Shown here: positions 1-9,079 of the stretch, piece after piece | How the letters are laid out: each line of letters begins with the position of its first letter | Numbering within the stretch: position 1 is the stretch's first letter | Source: an uncultured Gemmatimonadales bacterium | GTDB taxonomy: Bacteria > Gemmatimonadota > Gemmatimonadetes > Gemmatimonadales > Gemmatimonadaceae | Length of the DNA stretch: 64,000 nt | Direction of reading: 5' to 3' | Assembly: GCA_963707505.1 (NCBI GenBank) | Contig: CAVPQB010000003.1 | Location: 32,001 to 96,000 of the forward strand | Program-made: the position numbers and the translations under genes | Notes under the pieces: generated by a model | Database searches by the model: none | What the model was told of the DNA's origin: nothing | What the model saw: the letters and a program-made list of their open reading frames with translations, nothing else

Positions 1-962
1 GAGTCGATCTCGATCGGGAGATGGTACTGGAAAGGCCGAGTGCCGTTGGCGCGGATCCATTCGATGATGCTGCGGAGCCCGTCGCGGAGGGAGACCTTGG
101 TCTCGTAGTCGAGCAGGCGTCGCGCCTTGTCCGCGGAGCACGTAGCGTAGCGCACCTCGCGTGGCCTCTCCGGCACGAAAATCGGATCCAGCGTGAAGTT
201 CATCAGATCCGCGATCGTGTGCGCCAGCTCGAGGATGGAGATGTATTCCTCGTCGGGGCCGATGTTGATCACCTCGCCGGCGATTCCATCGCGCGTGCCC
301 ATCTTCATGAGAGGATCGACACAATCCTGCACGAAGGAGAAGCAACGCTTCTGACCGCCGTCGCCGTAAATGATCGGCTGCTCGCCCTTGAGCATGCGGT
401 TGATCATGATGCTCGCGACGTTGCGATATGGATCGTCGTACTTCTGTTTGGGACCGATGATGTTGTGCGGCACCGCGATGGCGTATTCGAAGCCATGCGT
501 ATCTGCAACGTTCCTCACCAGCATCTCGGCCGCGTACTTGGCGATGCCGTACGGATCGACAGGCTGCGGCTTTGTGTCTTCGGTGAACGGAGCCTGCGCG
601 TCGCCGTAGCGCGCCATGCTGGAACAGTTGATGAACCGGCCAACCCTGTTCGATGCGGCACCAACGAGCATGGCAGCGGTGTTCTGATAGACGTGCTGTG
701 CGATGAGTGCCGGCGAAAACACGCTGAGACCTTCCGTAGCGATCGCCGCGCAGTGATAAACGAGATCGGAGCCGGCCATGAGCCGCTTCATCGCGCCGAC
801 GTCGCAACAGTCGGCCTGCTCGAACTGAATGCCCTCGGGCAGATTGGAGAGCTCGCCGCCGATCAGGTTATCGCAGCCCACGACGTGGGCGCCCTGCGCC
901 ACGTAGGACTCGGCGAGATGACTTCCGAGAAAACCGGCCGCGCCGGAGATGAACACTTGCAT
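1..962 (-). CDS. NAD-dependent epimerase/dehydratase (extended SDR), 3' end runs off the window
   Basis: Not in the ORF track; manual translation from ATG at 962: MQVFISGAAGFLGSHLAE (GxxGxxG), CSSMARYG, PYGIAK (YxxxK), YGDGGQKRCFSFV. Confidence 0.9.
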   Translation of the reverse strand, partial: MQVFISGAAGFLGSHLAESYVAQGAHVVGCDNLIGGELSNLPEGIQFEQADCCDVGAMKRLMAGSDLVYHCAAIATEGLSVFSPALIAQHVYQNTAAMLVGAASNRVGRFINCSSMARYGDAQAPFTEDTKPQPVDPYGIAKYAAEMLVRNVADTHGFEYAIAVPHNIIGPKQKYDDPYRNVASIMINRMLKGEQPIIYGDGGQKRCFSFVQDCVDPLMKMGTRDGIAGEVINIGPDEEYISILELAHTIADLMNFTLDPIFVPERPREVRYATCSADKARRLLDYETKVSLRDGLRSIIEWIRANGTRPFQYHLPIEID

Positions 963-1023
963 GGGCTGAATTTAGCGAGACGTGGCGGAAAACGCCCGCA
1001 GGAATGCGGCGCCGCTCACGCGG

Positions 1024-2541
1024 TCAGTACGCGCCGCTTCTGCTGAAAAGCACCGGGATCGTCTTCAGCATGATCTTGAAGTCGAGTGGTAGCGACCAGT
1101 GCTCGATGTACTCCCGGTCGTAGCGAACGACTTCCTCGAAATCCACCACGTCGCTGCGGCCATTCACCTGCCAGAGACCGGTGATACCGGGCTTGGCGTC
1201 GAGTCTGCGGAAGTGATGATCCTCATACGATTCCAGATCCGACTCGAAGAACGGCCGAGGGCCGACCAGCGACATGTCGCCGATGAGCACGTTCCAGCAC
1301 TGGGGCAGCTCATCGATGCTCCACCGGCGGAGCCACGCGCCGAAGTGAGTCACGCGCGGATCGTTCGGAATCTTGAACAGGCGCGGATCGCCGGTGAGGT
1401 TGAGGTGGGCGAAGTCTTCCTTCTCGTCATCGGCGCCGACGCGCATCGTCCGGAACTTGAGCATCCGGAAGCGCTTGCCCCCCAGTCCGGCACGATCCTG
1501 CCAGAAAAAGATCGGACCTGGGGAATCCAGCCGGATCACCAGCGCGACAGCCGCCATGATCGGCGCCAGTATTACCACGGCGAGCGCGGCGCCGATCACA
1601 TCCACGGCCCGCTTCACAACCAGTGCCTGCGCCTTGAGTAGCGGCGCCCCGAGCTCGAAGAACGGCTCGTCCTTGTGCCAGACGAGCAACGGCCGACGGC
1701 CGGCTATCTGCACCGACCTCGCGGGATACAGAAACTCACACCCTGCCGATAAACTGATGTCCAACACCTCACGGACCTGCTCTTCTTCGAGGTGCGACGC
1801 CACGATTACCGCCTCGGCGCCGACAGAGCTGATCGCGTGCGCAAGTCGCGTGAGAGCCTCACGCTGCTTCCCGTCGCGGCCCAGAGTCAGCGTCCCGATC
1901 GGCCGGTAGTCGCCGCCGAACTCGGTGGTCATCTGGTCGAAGTTCCACTGCTCCGCGTCGGCGCGCTCGACCACGATCGCCGGCGTCGCGCCATTGGGCC
2001 CCGGCCAGATCTCGCGCAGGAACCACTGCGTCAGTCGGCGCTCGGCGGCCAGAATGATCCAGAGTCCTGCCGCGACAACGACGAACAGTTGAAGGGCCAC
2101 CAGTGGGCCGTGAATGGCCACCAGAGGCCACAGAAAGACCGCGGCCGCTACTCCCGAGGCCGCGGCGAGACGCGCGGCCTGATACAGATGCACGCCCCGG
2201 AAATAGTTTCCCGTGACGAGGAGGCTCGCGAGCAGAACGACTGCCGGAGCGGGACCGAACGGGGTCGGAATGCCGCCGAGAAGTGGGACGCTCTCCGAAT
2301 TGGCAAGCGCCCAAACGATCGATTGGATGAGCAGAACTGCCGAAACGTCGGCGACGCCAAGCACGAGGAGGCGCTTGATGAGCCGGACTGCGTGCCGTCG
2401 GACCGCGATCGGGCGGCGTTGACGCAGTACGCGCGCCGGCCATTCAGCTGTTGCGCTGGGAGCTCGGCGGCCTGGTACGGTTTTGGGTAATGAATGGAGC
2501 CTTAATCGCTGCGCTGGCTCGGATGACGAATCAGGCGTCAT
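1024..2541 (-). CDS. Priming polyprenyl-phosphate sugar phosphotransferase (WcaJ/WbaP-like bacterial sugar transferase)
   Basis: N-terminal TM helices and C-terminal motifs KRAVD, LKFRTM, DPRVT, SIDELPQ, GDMSLVGPRP, KPGITGLWQV. Confidence 0.92.
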   Translation of the reverse strand: MTPDSSSEPAQRLRLHSLPKTVPGRRAPSATAEWPARVLRQRRPIAVRRHAVRLIKRLLVLGVADVSAVLLIQSIVWALANSESVPLLGGIPTPFGPAPAVVLLASLLVTGNYFRGVHLYQAARLAAASGVAAAVFLWPLVAIHGPLVALQLFVVVAAGLWIILAAERRLTQWFLREIWPGPNGATPAIVVERADAEQWNFDQMTTEFGGDYRPIGTLTLGRDGKQREALTRLAHAISSVGAEAVIVASHLEEEQVREVLDISLSAGCEFLYPARSVQIAGRRPLLVWHKDEPFFELGAPLLKAQALVVKRAVDVIGAALAVVILAPIMAAVALVIRLDSPGPIFFWQDRAGLGGKRFRMLKFRTMRVGADDEKEDFAHLNLTGDPRLFKIPNDPRVTHFGAWLRRWSIDELPQCWNVLIGDMSLVGPRPFFESDLESYEDHHFRRLDAKPGITGLWQVNGRSDVVDFEEVVRYDREYIEHWSLPLDFKIMLKTIPVLFSRSGAY

Positions 2542-2598
2542 GCAGATCGGGCGAAATTGATCGAACGGAGCGGTTGGACATCCTCGCCGGACGACCGG

Positions 2599-2614
2599 CG
2601 CAAGTATCCGGCCA
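2599..2614 (-). promoter_or_regulatory. Candidate sigma-54 (-24/-12) promoter of the priming transferase gene
   Basis: Minus strand TGGCCG-GATAC-TTGCG with exact GG-N10-GC spacing, about 60 nt upstream of the ATG at 2541. Confidence 0.5.
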
Positions 2615-2640
2615 GATGACCCGCTGTTCCAGCGGTTGCG

Positions 2641-4360
2641 TCACTTGAAGGGGGAATACGAGATGGAGACGCTCGTGTTGTGCACATCCACCATCGCCGC
2701 GCCCTTACAGCCGGAGATGTTCTGGAAGTTGTAGTTCAGCCTGTCGCCGAAGCTCACGTTGCCGGACAGATACCCTCCGCCAACATTGTGTCCTGCGCGA
2801 ACGCCTGGCATGATTGACACGTCGTGATTGCAATACCCAAGATAGGCCGGCCACGTGAAGGTGCTTCGTACATCTTCGTTCCAGCGGATACGATTGAATG
2901 TTACACCAATCGATCCACCAGACCAGATGCGGTCGACAGCGAGCCACTGACTCGAGCCACCGGGGCCGAACGACGCGCCGATGGGTAGCCCGAGCTGAGT
3001 GTAGCCCTGAATCACCCGCCGGCTGGTATAAAAAACGCCGACAGGACGGTTCTTGAAGTCCCCGCTCTGCTCCAGCGTGGTCACCTCGCCCTGAACGCGA
3101 AACGTTGGTTTATCGATTGGTCCGGGCCGTCTGTACTGGAGACCGAGCGTGTACCCCTGCGAGTGGGTCGGATCGACGATGAAGTCATGCAGGGAGGCAG
3201 GCAGCTCCTGGCGCGCCCATTCGGTGTATGCCTCGAAACCATCGTCTGGAAATACCCATCGGGCGAAAAGAGAGAATAGCTGATCGCGGCCGCCGGGCGT
3301 GAGCGACGAATCTGACGGCAGGTGGTTGGCCGGCCGCCCGGTGTTGGCGAGGACGTCGAACCAGCGAAATGGGACAGACCCATATCCACTTGACGTCGCG
3401 TAAACGGCGCGGGTAACGCCCAGCGTGAGCGTGGGTTGAAACGCCGGCTGCCACGTGACCGCTGCTGCGGCAATCGAGCGCACGTCGTTCGCTTTCGTCG
3501 TATCGAAGAATTGCGATTCCGACAGCGCACCCACGAACCAGTGCGCTTCGAAGTCTCCAGCACGCGTTTTGAATGGGTGCGCGGTACGCATCTCCAATCT
3601 GGGAATTCCGGCCGCGTTGTCGCTCATGATTATCGCGTTACGAATACCGGGGCCCCACCACATGTTCTCCGAAGTGGCGCCGATCTCGATCGGACCGGTG
3701 TTGTACCAGATTCCTGACTGGCCGGGAATCACTCGTCCCATCGGGGAGCTGCTGAACCGCCATGGGAGATCCGCCGAATAGGGCTGCGCATACCAGCGAT
3801 TCGCGAAACCACCGCCATCGCGGGACGCCGGAGCGAACGCGAGGTAGTAGTAATAACCGTTCTTGCGCGATATCTGGTCGAAGCGCGCGTTGATAGTCGT
3901 CCAGAACTCAGGTGCTATTACAACGCGAAGTCTTCCCGCTGAAAGCTCCGCTCCGCCAGTCAGGCGCGTGGAAACACCACGTCCGGCCCACATTCCGCCC
4001 TCGTTCAGGGACAGGGGAATCGCGCTGTTGACGGTCATGTGGACGTCTGGTGCCAGCCATTTGAGATGACCGCCGCGCCGGAACGAGAGTGCTGTCGCCG
4101 AAAAGAATCGTCGATGGCGACCGCACGAGGTACGCACCCAGATGGGACGTATCGCCCGCGAGCTGCGCCAGTCGAATTCGGTCGCTGGCGTCCGATGTCG
4201 GATATGTAACCGGACCGATCTGGCGTTGCGGCCTGGCAGACTGCGCCGGGAGTGGCAACGCCGTGACACCAAACGTGAGTGACAGCATCAGCGCCATCCA
4301 CCGAGTGCGTAGCTGCGCGGCCTGCTCGTAGCGAGTAGATTGGGCCGAGCGATGCGACAT
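2641..4360 (-). CDS. Capsule assembly Wzi-family outer-membrane protein, frameshifted near 4080; start uncertain (4360 or 4297)
   Basis: Signal peptide (MALMLSLTFGVTALPLPAQ) is in ORF 3908..4408, body in ORF 2641..4272 with ENMWWGPGIRNAIIMSDNAAGIP motif and beta-barrel-like C-terminus. Confidence 0.75.
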
Positions 4361-4401
4361 ACGTCGCATGGGCGGATCCGTCAGTTTCATTTGCGTCACC
4401 G

Positions 4402-6120
4402 ATGCCAATTTACTCCAACAGGGTCACTCGCAACACCATCCGCAACACCATCCGCAATACCATCCGCGCGTCACTGGCTGTGGGCATCGGGCTGCTTGTC
4501 ATGTCACAGACAGCTGTCGCACAGAGCGAATCCAGTGTTGCCGGCGCGCGAGGTGGAATCCCCGCAGGCTTCGAGCTCGACAACTACGTGCGCTACCTGC
4601 AGACGCTCGGGAAAGTACCGTTGGGCGCGTGGGGGCTGCGACCGTTCTCAGCTCCACAAGTCGATTCTTTGTCGAAGATTAGCGGAGCACACCCGTGGCA
4701 AAGGAGCTGGCTGTTCAAATCCGACAGCGCGCATCATTTCTCGGTGCTGCCACTCGCGGCCAACGTGGGATTCAACAGCGCGTTTCCGTGGGGCAGCAAC
4801 GACGGAGCGGTATGGGCCGGACGCGGAGTGACCACGTCGTTGCAAGGCGGCGTTGCGGCCGCGTGGGGCCCTATATCGCTCGTACTGAATCCGGTAGTGT
4901 TCAGCGCGCAGAACTCATCGTTCAAGCTCCAGCCGAACGGCCAGACCGGTAACGGGCGATTTGCGAACGGGGATTTCCCCTCTGAAGTCGATCTGCCGCA
5001 GCGATTCGGGGACGGAGCTTACTCGCGCTTCGACTGGGGTCAGAGCACGTTGCGCATCGACTGGTTCGGTGTGTCCGCGGGATTCAGTACTGCAAATCAG
5101 TACTGGGGGCCGGCTACGGTTTTTCCCGTCATACTCGGTAACAACGCAGCTGGAATTCCCCACGCATTCCTCGGCACCGAGCGGCCAACGAACATCGGAA
5201 TCGGAAAGGTCCAGGCGCGGGTGGTATACGGGCTCGAGCGACAGTCAGCGTTCTCCCCCGTCGTCGGGCCTGACACGTTCACCGACGCGAATCACGCGGG
5301 GACGAAGCGATTCATGTCGGGCCTCGTCGTAACGTTCTCGCCGGCGCCGATTCCCGGACTGGAGCTCGGTGCGGCGAGGTTCTTTCACCAGGCGTGGTTC
5401 GGGAGTATAGGGTCTGCGGAGCTGAAGTCTCCGTTCGAGGGAATCCTCAAGAGCTCGCTGCCCCGCGGAATCGCGCTGCCTGGGATCGACGACAAGGACG
5501 CGTTGAAGAATCAGCTGGCGTCGTTGTTTGGAAGGTGGGTGTTACCGCACAGCGGGTTCGAGTTGTATGCAGAGTACGGGCACGAGGATCACAACGCGGA
5601 CATACGCGATCTGGAATCGGAGCCGGATCATTCACGGATAGCGATGGTGGGATTCAGGAAGGTGTTTGCGACGAGTGAAACGACGTTTCATGCGTTGAGA
5701 GCGGAGTATATCGACGGAACGGCACCGACGTTGGACGGCATCGGGATGAAGGCTTCATTTATGTGCACGGTCCGTTGCGGCAGGGACATACGGAGGACGG
5801 GCAGCCACTTGGTGCGGATGTCGGAGTCGGGTCGCCGGCGGGTGGCGCAGATTGCGTGGGAGACGTATTCGCCGAGCGGGCGAACGACTTGGTACGTGCA
5901 ACGCACGGCACAGAACAATGAGCTCACACTACTTGCAACCGACACGGTGTCGACGCGAGCCTCTCACTTGTTTGCGACTGTTGGATACGACCGGCATCGA
6001 ATGGGTCGCGCTGTGGATGTTTTTTACGGAGCATCCATTACCGCTGGAAAGCGTGGTGCAGAACTACAGCGCGAAGTCAACGTTAACGCGACACTCGGTC
6101 TGATTGCTCACATCCGATAG
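4402..6120 (+). CDS. Capsule assembly Wzi-family outer-membrane protein (paralog), with a compensated internal frameshift at about 5733-5845
   Basis: Signal peptide; NQYWGPATVFPVILGNNAAGIP motif; clear similarity to the divergent neighbour (NDGAVWAGRGVTTSL vs NEGGMWAGRGVSTRL). Confidence 0.78.
   Translation: MPIYSNRVTRNTIRNTIRNTIRASLAVGIGLLVMSQTAVAQSESSVAGARGGIPAGFELDNYVRYLQTLGKVPLGAWGLRPFSAPQVDSLSKISGAHPWQRSWLFKSDSAHHFSVLPLAANVGFNSAFPWGSNDGAVWAGRGVTTSLQGGVAAAWGPISLVLNPVVFSAQNSSFKLQPNGQTGNGRFANGDFPSEVDLPQRFGDGAYSRFDWGQSTLRIDWFGVSAGFSTANQYWGPATVFPVILGNNAAGIPHAFLGTERPTNIGIGKVQARVVYGLERQSAFSPVVGPDTFTDANHAGTKRFMSGLVVTFSPAPIPGLELGAARFFHQAWFGSIGSAELKSPFEGILKSSLPRGIALPGIDDKDALKNQLASLFGRWVLPHSGFELYAEYGHEDHNADIRDLESEPDHSRIAMVGFRKVFATSETTFHALRAEYIDGTAPTLDGIGMKASFMCTVRCGRDIRRTGSHLVRMSESGRRRVAQIAWETYSPSGRTTWYVQRTAQNNELTLLATDTVSTRASHLFATVGYDRHRMGRAVDVFYGASITAGKRGAELQREVNVNATLGLIAHIR
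4429..4467 (+). repeat. 12-bp tandem repeat CGCAAYACCATC x3 (encodes RNTI x3)
   Basis: Read directly: cgcaacaccatc cgcaacaccatc cgcaataccatc cgc. Confidence 0.95.
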
Positions 6121-6131
6121 TGCGGGTGCCG

Positions 6132-7181
6132 TTAGGCGTGTAGCGCCGTTGTGTATTCAGCGCGAGATGCGGTCGCATCGTTTTCAGATCGTGCCTTAGC
6201 TTCCGCCATATACGAACGCAACAGCGCGATCACGATACCAAGCGCGAGGCCACCGAACAACGCCGTAATTACGCGTGCGATAATTCGGCGTGCATCGTGC
6301 TCGACCGGCGCCTCAGGCGGCTCGACGACTGTGAGGACGGGTGTGTCCCGGACCTCATCGATCTTCGCCTTCTCGAAGGCTTGAGCGAGTCCGGAAACGA
6401 CACCCTGTTGCTGCGAGATAGCCCGTTCGAAACGATCTCGCTGCAACGCGAGGGTTGGCGCGCCGGCGGCACGATTCGACACGAGGAACGCCGCGAGTCT
6501 ATCCTCATCCGCGCGCAGCTCAGCTTCGGCGCCATTGAGCTGTTGTTCAACGAAATTCCGCTCGGCCCGCGCCTGCGATTGCCGCTTTGCAAGGTTGAAG
6601 TCCTGAATCTGCGCTAACATCGCTGCAGCAATCTCACGCGAAAGTGCAGGGTCGATCGATGTTACACGGAGCACTACCAGACCCGATCGAGTCGAGACGG
6701 TGGCGTCGACCATATTGGTCAAAGCGCGCACGGCCTCGTCCAGTTGACGCGGCGCCGAGTGATCAGGATGCGCATATAGCTGGATGAGTGAGCCGGAGAA
6801 TTTGCCGGTATCCGACATGAACTCGAATTTCTGGCGAACGACCGCCTCCAGTATGGGTCGCGTCTGCACGAGATCGGTATAAAATTGGGGTGACTGCGTC
6901 GGATCACCTTGTAGGGCGCTGAGCCCTAATTGTGCGGCGAGTCCACTGCCGAGGCTCTCGCCGCTCCGAGGTTGTGGAAAAAAAGTCAGCTCACTGGTGT
7001 AGGTGAGCGGCTTCAATAGCCCAAAAACACCGGTTGCAACGGCGATGACGCCGGTGACAAGCAGTATCAGGCGGCTCGACTGACGCAGCACTCGCCAGAT
7101 TTCACCAAGCGAGATGGGCCGAATATCGTCCGGAGCGCTGGCCGGATTTCGCGAGAACGTTGGAGTAGGTGTCGCCGTCAT
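6132..7181 (-). CDS. Polysaccharide co-polymerase / chain-length determinant (Wzz-like, no kinase domain)
   Basis: Two terminal TM helices, ISLGEIWRVL N-terminal motif, central coiled coil, Pro-rich VVEPPEAP before the last TM. Probable start MTATPT at 7181. Confidence 0.85.
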   Translation of the reverse strand: MTATPTPTFSRNPASAPDDIRPISLGEIWRVLRQSSRLILLVTGVIAVATGVFGLLKPLTYTSELTFFPQPRSGESLGSGLAAQLGLSALQGDPTQSPQFYTDLVQTRPILEAVVRQKFEFMSDTGKFSGSLIQLYAHPDHSAPRQLDEAVRALTNMVDATVSTRSGLVVLRVTSIDPALSREIAAAMLAQIQDFNLAKRQSQARAERNFVEQQLNGAEAELRADEDRLAAFLVSNRAAGAPTLALQRDRFERAISQQQGVVSGLAQAFEKAKIDEVRDTPVLTVVEPPEAPVEHDARRIIARVITALFGGLALGIVIALLRSYMAEAKARSENDATASRAEYTTALHA

Positions 7182-7198
7182 TGTGGGATGCCTCAAAC

Positions 7199-9070
7199 TT
7201 ACGGAGTGGGAAGCGAAATACGATGCTCTCGGCGCCACAACTCAAACATTAGCAGCGCGTACAGCCGCTGCGCATTGTGAGCGCCGGCCCGCTGACCTGC
7301 AATCAGCGCCGTGACCGCGTCGGCGTTGAACGCCGCGGTCTGGCCGTCATCCAGGAGAACATCATGCAGCATCTCGCGCCAAGGGCCAGCAAACCAGGTC
7401 GCCAGGGGAATGGAGAACCCCTGCTTTCGCTTGCGATCGAAGCCAGTTGGGAGCCGTCGCGTTGCCAGCTCTCTGAGGAGAATCTTGCGCTTGCGGGCGG
7501 TCGCACGCAGCGTCGCTGGCACTCGCCCAAATGCAAACTCAACGACACGCCGATCGAGAAACGGCGCCCGGATTTCTAGTGACGCCATCATACTCGCGCG
7601 ATCGACCTTGACCAGCAAGTCGTCCGGCAAATATGTAAGAAAGTCGACGCGCGCGCTTGCGGCAGCCGCGTTGCCTTCCGCTTCGCGAGCAAACTGCATC
7701 TTATCGCACTCCGGGCGTCCACTACCAGCTGTGGGCAGCCAATGACCTGCCAGGAGCAGCCTTGCATCAGGCGAGAACAGGAGATTTGCACGTGCGATAC
7801 TCCCGGCGACGCTTTCGCCGAGCCCCATCGCCTGGTTGCGTCCCCGCGTGCCAATCGGACGGCGTTCTGCCGCGTGGGCAACCACTCGTCTCAACGGCGC
7901 TGGACTGAACGCTCTCGCGATCTGCTGTTGTCGCAACCATGAGTAATGCGGATAACCTCCGAACAGTTCGTCGCCCCCGTCGCCGCCTATTGCCACTGTG
8001 GCGAACGGCCGGATCAGTCGCGACACCAAGTAAGTAGGGACGGCAGAGGAATCACCGAGTGGCTCGTCATATTGACGCGCGAGCGTCGGCAGCATGTCAG
8101 CGCTCACATCGTCGGCTGATAGTTCGGTGTGGTTTGTGCCGAAATGAGCTGCAACGCGTGCGGCATGGGCGGATTCATCGAATGCGCTGTGCGCCGGAAA
8201 CGTCACAGTGAACGTGCGAAGAGTGGAGCCGGCGACAGTGCTCGCGTATGCAGTGAGCAGACTCGAATCCAGTCCGCCGCTGAGCAGGACACCAATGGGG
8301 ACGTCCGAAATCAATTGTCTACGAACGGCGTCGGAGAGCAGTACGTCGAGTTCGGCGACCAGGTCACCCGTGGAGCCGACTCGTCCGGATGGACACGGCA
8401 GTCGCCAATATGTCTGCTGCTCCCCGCCCGACACTCGCCCGTGCCACTCGAAGTGACCCGGCATAACCTTATGCACACCAGCGAAGATGCAGAGATCGCG
8501 TGGCACATAGCCGTAAGCCAGATACCATTCCATAGCATCTGCTGAGATCTCGCGTGGGAAGTCTCGATGTACGAGCATGGCCTTGAGCTCAGACGCGAAG
8601 GCCACGCCGTTCTGACTGCGCCACACATAAAGCGGCTTCTCACCGGCTCGGTCCCGTGCAAGCAACAGGCGGTTGGACCGCGCATCGTACGCGGCAATTG
8701 CGAACATTCCGTCTAGGCGACGAAGCGCGTCCTCGCCCCACTCCGCAATGGCATGGAGAACGACTTCCGTATCACCCGCTGACACGAACGTGTAACCGAG
8801 CGACCGAAGTTCCTCGCGGACTTCGCGAAAGTTGTAGATCTCGCCATTAAATACGATCGTGATCGAGCCGTCAGGGGTCGACATCGGCTGACTTGATGCA
8901 TCTGACAGGTCGATGACAGCAAGCCGGCGATGCCCGAGTCCTACCGTACGATCGCTCGAGATCCATATCCCTTCCTGATCCGGCCCGCGATGCGCCAGAC
9001 AGCTTGTGCCCGCGACGAGCCAGTCACGATCAGCGCCGCCGACGCGCATCTCACCCGCGATTCCACACAT
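7199..9070 (-). CDS. asnB: Asparagine synthase (glutamine-hydrolyzing)-family amidotransferase, polysaccharide-associated
   Basis: MCGIAG Ntn N-terminus, HRGPD, FNGEIYN, LLSGGLDSS, GGDGGDELFGGY, RKKQGF-type motif. Confidence 0.92.
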   Translation of the reverse strand: MCGIAGEMRVGGADRDWLVAGTSCLAHRGPDQEGIWISSDRTVGLGHRRLAVIDLSDASSQPMSTPDGSITIVFNGEIYNFREVREELRSLGYTFVSAGDTEVVLHAIAEWGEDALRRLDGMFAIAAYDARSNRLLLARDRAGEKPLYVWRSQNGVAFASELKAMLVHRDFPREISADAMEWYLAYGYVPRDLCIFAGVHKVMPGHFEWHGRVSGGEQQTYWRLPCPSGRVGSTGDLVAELDVLLSDAVRRQLISDVPIGVLLSGGLDSSLLTAYASTVAGSTLRTFTVTFPAHSAFDESAHAARVAAHFGTNHTELSADDVSADMLPTLARQYDEPLGDSSAVPTYLVSRLIRPFATVAIGGDGGDELFGGYPHYSWLRQQQIARAFSPAPLRRVVAHAAERRPIGTRGRNQAMGLGESVAGSIARANLLFSPDARLLLAGHWLPTAGSGRPECDKMQFAREAEGNAAAASARVDFLTYLPDDLLVKVDRASMMASLEIRAPFLDRRVVEFAFGRVPATLRATARKRKILLRELATRRLPTGFDRKRKQGFSIPLATWFAGPWREMLHDVLLDDGQTAAFNADAVTALIAGQRAGAHNAQRLYALLMFELWRREHRISLPTP

Positions 9071-9079
9071 ATCGGGCTT

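Noticed and set aside
21..1046. 341-aa plus-strand ORF at the window start
   Set aside because: Antisense shadow of the minus-strand SDR epimerase (1-962), which has clear catalytic motifs.
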